64,000 nucleotides of DNA from Phoronis australis (lineage: Eukaryota > Animalia > Phoronida). Made by a program: the position numbers and the translations under genes. The notes below the pieces were generated by a model, which saw nothing but the letters and a program-made list of their open reading frames with translations, did no database searches and was not told where the DNA came from. Position 1 is the first letter of the stretch. Each line of letters begins with the position of its first letter. The stretch is taken from contig NMRA01000047.1 in NCBI GenBank assembly GCA_002633005.1, positions 312,913 through 376,912 of the forward strand. Reading direction: 5' to 3'. Positions 50,955 to 62,500 of this stretch are shown one piece after another.

Positions 50955-52375
50955 GATTTCTTTCTGTCAGGCTGTCGTGGATATTCTCGTCGTCCTTCTG
51001 GTCACGAACGTCTACTGCTGCAAATTAGACTTCCTAGCGGTAGGATCGGGTAGGCAAACAGGTGTTGTCTGTTATCATGCCAGAAATATTTACCGTAGAT
51101 TGACTCATTGCGTTTTACCTGTACCGCGTTGCATTATGGGTTGATTGGTGAGTCACACTTGCTAGAGTGCCACCTGTTGTGAGCACATTCGGAATGAATT
51201 TTACCACGACGGCGCCCCACTGGCCGGATGGGTGCTAGAGCGATAACAATATTCAGTACCCTTCTGTTAAACAAATTCCTCTTGTGAAAATACCGGATTC
51301 GTCTCTTACTGCCACAATAAATAAATAAATCGAAGCTCATCAGCCCAAGCTCTAGCTTGACTGAGGACCGGTGTCGGATGGGGTGGGGGCTGACTCGAGG
51401 AGGCGTACATGAAGAATAGGCTCCGGTGCATTACCTAATAGTCTTTGTGGGTACTTGGAGAGCTTGCTTTGAATTCGGCTTGAGTGAACACGTAAACTCG
51501 TCCAGGATTGTGCAAGAGGAACGGCCCCGGAGCGCGGGTCCAGTCAATGCCCGCGAAACAGCGTGATTAATGATAGACTAAATTGTCACGTGGCCCAGTT
51601 TTAATAACAGTATTGCTTCCTACCTTTTCAACCGTTTAGAACATTTCAATTGAGTGAATTTTTATCAATTGAAAGACGTCCATATAGAAACACTTCGTAA
51701 ATTGTAACCCTCTTGAATATTACATTTTCCATCAATTTTATGTTTTCTCACTAAATAATTTCATCTGAATGATGAGCCAACGAATTTCATGAGATACAGT
51801 CGAGTACTTACAATAAATAGAAAGTTTTGGCTGTAATGACTTTGGTCACCATGACGCCGCAGTAGTGAGATGAAGTTCCTGTCCTCATCGGCACTAGGTT
51901 ACTAACCCGTACGGTAAGTTGCAGGCCAGGACCAGGTCACTTGCTTTTCTAAAGGATTTCGCATCTCATACATTACATAATGAGATTGTTGGAATTCGTT
52001 CTTATTACATTCCACCTATTTTGTTTTTTGGGGTTCATCGATCTGTAAACAACGTTTCGGAACCGGAACGGCTAAAGGGAGTCCCGTTTCTCCTATTCTC
52101 GCAAATTTATACACGGAGTTTTTGTAGCAACGGGACATAGCTGACGTCTCAAGTTTTCAGTTTTGTTTTTTTTCACGAGCTTTTGAAGGACATTTAGCTT
52201 TTGGTTGGCAATGTCCCAGACTTGTCCATGGAAACTCAGCGATTATAGTTGGCGAATAAAAGGTCACGGTGCTTTGAATTTCGCCAAACTAACTCGGTTA
52301 GCCGGTTTACTAACACGAGGTTATGATTTCCTTCTGTGACTGTCGCAATCATCCTTCACCACACTGTTCTATTTC

Positions 52376-52510
52376 ACCCGTTCCTTACGCAGTTACTTGC
52401 TTAAACCAAAAAAAAATTGTGCGCAGTTACGCTCTGAAAGAGTGTCCAGTACGCACTGCTAACGCTCTAGCAGGTACAGTTACTGCTTCACGCAGCCTCG
52501 CAGTTACAGT
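52376..52510 (+). mobile_element. Candidate left end and subterminal repeats of the KDZ element
   Basis: (c/a)(g)CAGTTAC is repeated four times (52388, 52422, 52476, 52499) about 110-230 bp upstream of the transposase ATG, preceded by cacccgttcc. The right end is outside the window, so no TIR or TSD can be confirmed. Confidence 0.35.
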
Positions 52511-52907
52511 GAACGCCAGAATGTTGCATGCTATCTCGCGAGATAAACGAGAACGTCATTGGGCGGACATTTTTAAAATCATCAGAAGGAAGGAATTTGG
52601 CTTCCACAGTCTGAGAGACAATGAGCGAAGTGAGTATATTTTTAAAGCAGTGCACTTATCGAGTTTTCAGTAGTAGTATGTTAATGTTTCGCACGATGTA
52701 TTTTGTTAAAGGTGTAATCCAGTAATGGGTAATTGACAACTGCCAACATAGCCAATCCAGTCATTTCAATGTCAGCCTCAGCCAAGCCTCAAAATTCAGT
52801 CGGTGTCGAGTCTCGACTGTAGGTGTAGACGTTCTTCCAATAAATCATTTGAGCTTCTGCTAATCATCTAATGGACTATGCCAATAAGCCAAATGCCGAA
52901 ATGGTTA

Positions 52908-53529
52908 TGTAGAAAATTTCGTGATGACGGGGACTTGAACTCGGGTTGCACGAGCGACAGTCAAGGCTTCATCTAAACCATTTGGCCAAGAGGCAATTGC
53001 CACTTGGTAAGCAGCTTAGGCTTTATCTGACTGTACGTGTCGTGACAACCGGAAGTCACTCTTCACAACACTACTCCCCCTTCCGCAGAACAGGCACGCT
53101 CCCTGGCTTTTAGATCTCATCAACACCTAGGTAGCGTCCTGGAATTCGACCTCAGCAACGCTCTCTTTTGTGTTCTGAATCCACCAGTGCCACCAGTACC
53201 AGGTCTCACCCTCTCCATCTGCCGCTCTTAATCTCAGGGTCGTGGGTTCATGCCCCACGTTGGGCACCAATGTAGAAAATTTCGTGATGACTGGGACTTG
53301 AACTCGGGTTACACGAGCGACAGTCAAGCATCTAAACCATTCAGGTTGGGTGCCAATTAAGAAAATTTCGTGATGACTGGGACTTGAACCCGGGTTGCAC
53401 GAGCAACAGTCAAGCATCTGAACCATTCGGCCAAGAGGCAATTATAATTGCCACTTGGTAAGCGGCTTAGAGAGGCTTTATCTGACTGTATGTGTCGATC
53501 GTGACAACCGGAAGTCACGCTTCACAACA
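52908..53529 (-). mobile_element. Miniature non-autonomous LTR retrotransposon (TRIM) with tRNA-like LTRs, Helenus-like
   Basis: TG...CA ends with a 4-bp GTTA TSD (52904-52907, 53530-53533). LTR copies at 52908-53070 and 53357-53529, plus a partial copy at 53271-53342. Minus-strand PBS complementary to tRNA-Lys(CTT) at 53269-53225 and PPT gaagggggagtag at 53083-53071. A box TGGCCGAATGG and B box GGTTCAAGTCC lie inside the LTR. Confidence 0.9.
53225..53269 (+). other. 3' half of tRNA-Lys(CTT) including CCA, acting as an extended primer-binding site (not a tRNA gene)
   Basis: ctCTTaatctcagggtcgtgggttcatgccccacgttgggcaCCA matches the conserved metazoan tRNA-Lys(CTT) from the anticodon loop to CCA with about 3 mismatches (compared from memory). 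The 5' half is absent. Confidence 0.85.
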
Positions 53530-56500
53530 GTTACAGCACGATTTCCAGTTTAATTTGGGCTAGGAGTAATATACATTTTGATATTGGTCCTAGATTTGGG
53601 TGGCTGGTTTCCCAAGCTGGGTAATCAGGGTAATCTCGACAATGTACTGCAATCAGCATATTTAGCAAAGGGATGATCTTCCCATAGAGTACTTCTGGTT
53701 ATTGTTTACAGTTCGACTCTATGAACCATTCCCAGGTTGGGAATTACTAAATTATATATTCTACTTTGGTCATGGCGAGGGTACCACACAATCATACATG
53801 TGAACTTCAATTCAAATCTAGACATTCTATATATCTGATCAAACCAGAATTAGTAACCAAGTGTTCCCTTTAAAGCCTAAACTTCAAGTTATACCTAACC
53901 TGGTCATGCCCAATGCATTGTTACATGCCTATACTACAGTTATTTATAATATCTACCCAAGATTATTCCCAAGAGGCAAAAATATCCACCCAAGTAAGAT
54001 GAACATCCCCATCACTCTTTCAAGAACAGCATTTGCTTTCTTCTGAAATCGAAACAACCGAAAACGAGGCAAACATGGTCACATAAAATTGTCGATTCGG
54101 AGGAACTACGAAAGCGTTCTTGAAAAGTTGTTCAGTTAATTTGGATTGTGTAGTGCTTGGAAAATCCCTGAATCTGATATTTGTTGCAAAAATCTTTTCT
54201 GCTCGAGTGCATTTATGTACATTTCAGAAAGTCAAAATAGGCCGCAAGAGAAAACTACCAATACTTTTCACCACTACAGTGGTGTCCGGAGGCCGTAAAC
54301 GAAATAAAGGTGTGCGTATTCCATCACGTGCTCTCCCTGCTGATTGCAAGAGTGTACAAACAAACGACTTGCTCATCAATACAAATGATGAAGAAATGGT
54401 ACTGGAAATGCCGGAAGGTATATCAATGGTATTTCCTTAGTTCACAATATTCTTAGCAATAAGCTTGTGAAGGAAAGTCTGTCTTTATATGATTCAGTGT
54501 GTAATTCTAGCCTTCCGCTTTTGGATCAAACTGAGGAACCCCATCACAACAGTGTTTAAGTTTAGTCTAATGATGAGTTTTTACAACGGTCACTAGGTTA
54601 CTTAGCCTTTCCACTTTGATTACTGAGTTAATGAGCTATACCTACATAATTTCTGATTTTATCGTTTGTTTTTCCAGGTGTCTCAAGATATAGAGCAAAT
54701 AAAAGAAAGTTGGTCGAAGCGTGGGACTCTGTAAGAGATCACATGCTCAAAATATACACTGAGACAGTGTTTCGTCCAGCGTCATATATATGTGTTTTGT
54801 GTGGCATTCATGAAGACAACATTATTTGGTGCCAGGATTGTTCCCACAGAGCATATTTCTGTAGTGATTGTAATATCAAACACCACAAAATAACACAGTT
54901 CCATGCTCCGATGAGTTGGTCTAAAGAGGTTTGTACGCACTCGACAACTCGCCAGTCCCAGCTGTATAGGATTAAGATTCAGAATGGTGCAGCATATTAT
55001 AGTTTTGTTCAGTATTCAACTCAAACTGAATTAGTGTACATTAAGATGTTCATAAATACTTCAATCAATGTTCCATACGGTCCAGGGCCATAGATCTGAG
55101 CTGACCTGGTATTCCCCCATTCGGTTCTTCCCCACTCAAATTTCCCCAACTGATGTTCTCTTGTTGGGATGTTTTCGATTCCCACTGTACTTTTGTCCTG
55201 GTGTCACCCTGTCCCAATATTTCACCATTCTTTTTGTCCAGTTACATGAAACTCCGGTTGGGGAGCAACAGAATAATGTAACAATGAGACGGGGGAACAG
55301 CAGTGCAGACCCATCAGAACACTATCAGCATAAAATTCGACAGCATCATTTGAAAAATAATCATTTGGCAAATATATCACAATCTTAAGTGACCTACAAC
55401 TAAACAGATACACCTTAGGGCATAGAGCACAACACAACAATGATGGATTGTGGTTTACATGTTTTATGATATCAACTGTTTAATCCAGAAACGTACTACT
55501 ATCACTGAAATTTGTAATTATTTGAATGTTTTACTGGATGTAATTTAAGATGTCAAAGTTCAATGGCCCTTGGCTTGAGACAATAGTCCATAGTTGTGAA
55601 AGACAGAAAGAATGCACTGTAATAGAACACAAACATTGGCTAATCAGAGACCTAGAATGCCAAAAGAGGTATAAATAAAGGGCAAATTGTCCTTTTTCGT
55701 TTCATACATGAACGTGGTTGTAGTGGGCTACTCATTGTCTATAGCTGAAACCCTGTTTTTAATCCAAAATTGGATTGAATAGCATTGAAAACAGGATTTC
55801 CATGTATTTAGTTTTGATTCATTGTCATATTTTAGTTTTTAACTTGGAAGGAAACAAATTGTAATTTTCAGATTGGAATGTACCTGTACATTCAACCAGA
55901 GGAAAGTATCCAAGGAGTGGGCCACATCTGTACAAGTCACCAAAAGACTGGAACCATTGTAGTGGTGGACTTAACAGGTTATATTGTTTCCAGTACAAAA
56001 ATGTGTAATCTTATTCATCAAATTGCATGCTCGAATTTTGGGGAGGTACCGTTCATTGTTCAGTCACATTTAAAGACACACATAATCTGGTTTTTAATGG
56101 AACAGTAGACTGAACAATCTTTCTCACTCACAGCCCCCATTGTGTCTCATTCTCATTAAAGCCTATCTTCAACGGTAATACCTGTAGATTTGGTTCCAAC
56201 AGTATGTTAAGAGCATCCCTCTGAGCCCACTAGTGCCATAAATTGCCAAATGTAATGGAGTGTTAGACGTTTTGCTTTTGTCTACGTCGCCGCGAGAATC
56301 ACCTTTTAATTCAAAAAGCTGCCAATAATACCCGCACGCAATGGTGTTCTAGTCAGTCCCCTATTCAATACGACCTTTTGTTGTTTGTGATGGAATCTCG
56401 CGGTGACGCAATGTGGCAAGAAAAGGCAGCTTCACTTATCATTGGACAGGCTTACATTTGCCTGATTGAACTCACGTTTTCTTATTTTACTATGGAATTG

Positions 56501-59500
56501 CTAGGACTTATCTTGTTAGCCCAATACATCTAAAATAACAAAATTCCGTTTAAGTTAAGCTTTAACACATTTTTTTAAAGAAGTGAAGTTCTTTTCTCAC
56601 CAACCGTAGTTCATTTCTTAGAAGTCATGGAAAAGTATATTGACGTCTGTAAGCCTGAGTATGTCAACATAAATTTCCTGTTATATCTTCACATAGTTTT
56701 TGAATCTTAATGATCACTTGGAAGTGCTAGTCTTCAAGAATGCAGAGGAAATAATTCAAATTTGACCATGAGCTCCAAGTTAACTCCTCAAAAACAATGA
56801 ATTTAAAGATGTCTAAAAAACAACTGCGTAAAGGATAATCTTTTGTTTCAGGGAGACATCACCACAAGGAATTTGTATTTTGCGAATGTGAATCTGCTGC
56901 AGTTACTTTAGTGAGATATGGTCTCTGGCCTTCCACACCTACATCACCAAAAGTTGCATTTACTATCCCAACAATGGAAATGCTAAGAGTGTTGCTGATG
57001 CAATGTCAAGTACCTGTGTCTGGATTTGGAACTGTTTTGGATTTGCTTGGAGAAAACTCATCTTTACCTTTTAAATTGGTAGTTAAGTTCATTATTGCTA
57101 TCTTTACTCTTTGTTATAGATTGATTAGGATCTTACATTAGAGCAGAATGAATACACGCTTTTATTATACATGAGTTATTGAACAAGCAGGTCAAGGTTT
57201 TGGTGAGTTTATTAAAAATTTGTGTATGCCACTCGGAAGTGAGTCCCGTTTTATCACAGAACTTTGGTCAAATGTGAAAATGGGGGTCGGGGTGTGAAAT
57301 CGAGTCATAAAAGTAAAGCATGATGACCATATTTTTATTAACTTCCAGGTGAGTCAAGTCAATAAGTCACTGAGCAGAGACAGTTTTGAGGAATATCGTT
57401 ATTTTTCATACAGGCAACGGTATCTTCAAACTGTTGATGGCAGATGTGATGATGGGACACAATGTCCAGCTTGTCCACAGGTATATTTCAATGTTTTTGT
57501 GTACAGGCAAGAAACAATAGTCCTTTTGCGAAGTTTATAACAGTAACGCGAGATTGTGTGAGACTTAACAGTGACGTCAACAAGAGTGCAGCAAAAGCTT
57601 GTCGTTGGCCATTTGCCTGATACGGGAGCAGAGTGTATTCCGTTTTTTACTTCGAGTTCTTAACCTTTTAGTATGACTAATGCCAAACAAACATATCTGT
57701 GATGGCAAATGAAATTCAGATTCGCACTACAATACATTCCATCGCGTTCTGTACTAATTTCGTCCCGTGTATTTAAAACGGGCAGTAGGTGAAATGCGCT
57801 CACTGAATAAGTTTTCACCTCATCAAAAATACTATTTTACACCTGAAATTATCACCTAAAAAGGCACTTACTTTCTTCAGTGATCCTTTCTGCTTCTAAA
57901 CATATCTTCAATGAAGCATAGCTACGGGAATTCAGGTGACTTTGGTGAAGAATTCCAACTCCACGTTTTGGTTACTCTTAACTTTGACTGCGCGCGTGAT
58001 AACCACAAAGTATTTCAACCGAGTCGGGCGAGTATAAGGCAAAGGCTAGCGTGAGATTGAGCAAAGCACGTGACCTGGCGTGTGACAATTGCGCAATAGC
58101 ATGGGAAAATATCCAGTGAAATTTGTAAGATTTTTGTCCCTTGGACTTTTTGTTCGTCAACAGAAGTGATTTAATGTAACTTCCTCGTAGTGGCGCCCGG
58201 TGAGAGAAACACGAGGGAACCACGAGGTTTTCATGGAAATGTTTGAGTTGTTTGAAGACTAAATTGTATCCAGTGTAAGAGTATGTGCTAATTATAACTC
58301 CATGTGCACATATGCATGTTTCATTTGATGTTTTGCTGTATTTTGAAATGAGTTACTTTTTATGGGGATATGCTATCGCCCCTGTATGCCTGCGGCATTC
58401 AGGCATAGATTGGGTCGAGTTCCAAGTTCAGTCCATTCACAGCTTCGCACAACATAACAAGTTCATATTTTCTTCGTCCATTTACAGTTATTCCACGATC
58501 CTTCTACTATCCCTTAGATCGTGTTAATGTTTTAAGTGTGGAATTAACCATAAGAACTCCAGTAAGATTTGCGTGTATAGTAAAGACTCACAGCAAAACA
58601 AGAACAATATGGCGGGTTTTGCCCTCCTTCTGGTGACGTCACATTGACTAATTGGAAACTCGCAAGTGAGCTATTCCTTATGATCAGCTCATGACAGGTG
58701 GTTATCAATGTCATAATTCAGCAAAGTAAGGTTAAAATGTGAAATTGGACAAATCTCAAAATGTATTTTTGCTGTTGTCTAGGATTTGTGTATGGTTGAA
58801 CTTGTGTGTTGCTTATGTTCAGTTTATTTATTTTGATTTTTTATTATTCTTTTTTTCACCATTTATTCTTCAAACACATTACAAATTAATATGAAAAAAT
58901 CTTTTAAAGTTGCGTAAAAAATAATAGTTTACAAAACTAACAGTGTTTTTGAGATGTCATCATGACTTTTTATGCTTTAGAAACACAAGTTTTATTGATA
59001 CACAGCTAATTACAAAGACTTGTTGATAAGGTACTGTAGGCCAGCATTTTTTTAATTGCATCTGTGGTTTTTCATCAAAAAGTGGGGACGCCACCAATCC
59101 GCCTGCCCTAGTCACTAACAACTTTGCTCCCTCCCTAGTGTTTGCCAACAATTCCACATTATTGTTTTCCATTTCTGAATTTCAGGATTGTGATAATGCA
59201 GTCTCCATGTATTCAATTGATGGTAACTTTGGCCTAGTTCGTAAAACATCAGCTGGTGAAAGTGATGTACCTCCCAAGCATGTCAAGAAATTTTTCATTG
59301 ACCAAGTGTGTGTGGATACCTATATAAAAGATTACTCTGAAGAATGCAGTCCTACTGTGAGTAATGTTTTGGTCAGTTTCAATATATTGTACCTATATGA
59401 TGAATTTTCAAGGTGCAACACACCATTACCTTTTGCCAGAGAACAACTTCTGATTCAGGCCATTTACCGTTGAAAAAGGTTTCTCGCCACTCAAATTGGA

Positions 59501-62500
59501 TTTATTATTTCCAATTCTTAGCATGTAAATTGAGATTTAATTCATTTCCGATGGTTGTTAAATATGCCAAAACATTTCTTTGCATCTTCTTTCAAATGAT
59601 TGTTGATTTTTGATTGACTATGAACATATACACAATACGTACCAAGAGTGGCGTTGATGAAGGAATATCCCACAAGACATTATTCCACCTATCGACCGAG
59701 ACCGAAGTTTCTTTCATTTTTTCGCCAGATTTTTCCGAAAATTTGATGATCGAACCATCTATTGATGTCGAGTCGACATTGACCTACCTTTTGAACTTGC
59801 CGTGTCAGAGGTCATTGTTGAAGTAGTGTGGGAGGTGAATACGGAAATCATTGTAACATGGCCATATTTCCCTTGACTGGTTCAACGCGTATGGGATAAA
59901 CATATATATCTCTCATCAATATGTAAATTTGGTTATTGTTTGTGACTTATGGTGTAATGTTTTTATTGCCAGGACTGTAGTGACTTTCATGCAGGAAATA
60001 TGATCCGAGCAAAAGGAAGGACAGCAAAGTTAGATGAAAAAGGTTTATTTGGAAGTGTTTGTCGTCATGAGTACCCAAAGCTGTTTCTGAATTTAAAACA
60101 TGGTGAAAGGTAAGGTTAGTTTAGTTTTAAGCAATACAGTCTGTCAGTGTATAAATTAAACCCATACTTTTTCTGAATTGCTGTGGTGTAGTACCAAGGC
60201 TTAATAACTTTCTACCTCCTGCAAGTACTTGTCTGAATAGAAAATACATGTTGCCATGAATTTCAAATTTTGTTGGTGTTAAATTAAACAATTTGATGAA
60301 AAATTTCAATCTCTTTCTAAATTTTTATGAAAACTTGAATGAAATTCAATAACAACGACATTCGGTAAAAATTCTATAGGCCTTCATGTACTCAAGTCAA
60401 GAAGAAAATGCACTCTGACATCAATCAGTCTGTCAATCAAACTGTGACCTCCACTAAAATGATGGGTTCACCTAGTGATGTGTTCAAACAAGCAACCCCT
60501 TATTTTTGCTTGCCCGTACATAATTTGATCCCAATTGTGGTAGGCAAGTGGGATGATTTTCTATGCTCACTTGCCTGGCCTGGCAAGTGATTCCCAGGCC
60601 ACACTTGCTTAACTTTGAAATCTACTTACCCTGGGTGATTGGGCAACCATTAATGAGCCCTGTGTGGTTAAAGTACTACATTAAGAATCCTAAGATTCAT
60701 GTTTCGACTCCCAGGGATGAAAAAATCTAGCCACTGCATCTTGAACTTCACAGTAACCACTAAATAATAACAAAAATCTGTTTACCTTGTATTTATGATT
60801 TTATTACAAATTATTGAATCTGCTTTAAAGCTTCTTTATTAATACCTTTAAACGATTTTTGAGCCTTACATCACTGGGTACTTTTGATAACATGTCTGCT
60901 GCCTTGGCACACCCGTTTCGTTCAGTGGTTAGGTTGATTACTTGGCTGATATTTGACCCACTAATGTAGGGCTCAACATGTCGTTAAAGCATTGGGCTAC
61001 TTGCTACAGCGCATCAGACTGCAACTGCAGAGGTCAAAGCTTGGATCTGCCTTTTGGCTGTTCTCAACTAAGCAATATCTTTGCTTAGTATGTCATTTGT
61101 TTGATTAAAAATTTCCCTGTATAATGTGTTTCTGTTTTATTTTTTTATTATGTTGGCTAAACTAAATGTGAATTTCTTGCAGACTTGGATATGCTGTGAA
61201 GTTGTTAGAAGAAATATTGGAACAGAAGCAGCAGCCATCAAATATCTTCTATGATATTGCTTGTGTCTTGGAGACTCACTTGAAGGTTACTTTTGCTAAA
61301 TAAGTATTTCAAGAATAATATCGTATTTCAACTTGCTATTCCTGTTATATCATTTCACAGCTCTTAGGTGTTTCTGTTCATTTATGATAAGGGTACTCCA
61401 CAAAACATTCTGGCCCAAGCTTAATAATGATCATGGTCTTGTTACAAGAAGTGATTTTACTATAATTGTATTGTGCATTTTTCAGCTAGTAAGCAGCATA
61501 TTTTGGTCTATAAATCATTCTATGCTTAATAGTTATTCAACTTTAAATTGCTTATTGGTTATTCAGTTTGTTTGCTTGCCAGTATGAGTGTACTTTTAAT
61601 AAGAACACATTACACAGGTAACTAGGTTCACCATTAGTTATATCAAATTTTGTATTTCAGAAGAGAAATAATACAGATCTACTAACTTAAGGAAAATGAA
61701 CTTAGCCATTCCAATTTTCCATTCTTATGGTCACAAGACTGGATGTCAGGTAAATAAGCAGCTGTGAGAAAATGTTTTTGATTTCATGTATTTAAGTGTA
61801 TACCAGTGTGTTTAAAACATACGTGATACAGTGAATTAGAAAGATTGGTAATATGTTTATCATTTCACACTTACAGTGCCCTGACAATTGTGCAAAGAAA
61901 AACTTAATGCAGATAGGTGTTGTAACACCATTGAGTAGTTGTTGCTTATGAATTGAATGTTTTCCAATCCAACATGGCATGACTGCTTGTCACCCTTACA
62001 CACCTTTAGTATTTTTACTCATAACGTAAAATTGCCGTGAGGAGTTGACAGGGACCTCAGGGGTTTCACACTCCACTGATTTATCCACAGTATTTTGAAA
62101 ACGCTTTGCCCAGTCGCACATTGTGTGTCATAAAAGAGATAAGCATACCAGCAGCTGACGCAGCAAGTAAAACTACTCTCGTTTATCACATTGGTGTAGA
62201 CTCACAGTTGATCTATGGTTTTCTGTAGACCCCAGACCGTCCCGAGTTGCACCACATACCAACTCGGGACGGTCTCTCACGACGATTAAGCGTTATGTAT
62301 GAGGCCCATTTATATGTGAGGTGCTTTGTAGGTTCTGTACAACCCGAGGAAACTTGGGACATTTGGCCTAACAGATGGGGAATCAACAGAGCGTTTGTGG
62401 TCCTATTTACGGCGATTCTCAAGAATAACGAAAGAGATGACTGCTTCTCACAGACAGGATGTTTTAGTAGATGCATTGATGTTTTATGGGGAACGCCTAA

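Noticed and set aside
53225-53269. tRNA-Lys(CTT) gene
   Set aside because: Only the 3' half is present, CCA is encoded, and it abuts an LTR, so it is a retroelement PBS.
53357-53440. Functional tRNA gene or plain SINE on the minus strand
   Set aside because: It has no acceptor stem or anticodon arm and is embedded in TG...CA direct repeats with PBS, PPT and TSD.
52908-53440. CRISPR-like repeat array (three agaaaatttcgtgatgac repeats)
   Set aside because: The context is eukaryotic, spacing is irregular, there are no cas genes, and the repeats are LTR copies.
60660-60720. tRNA-like sequence with GTTTCGACTCC
   Set aside because: It is too degenerate to fold as a tRNA and is at most an old SINE fragment next to a hAT-like end.
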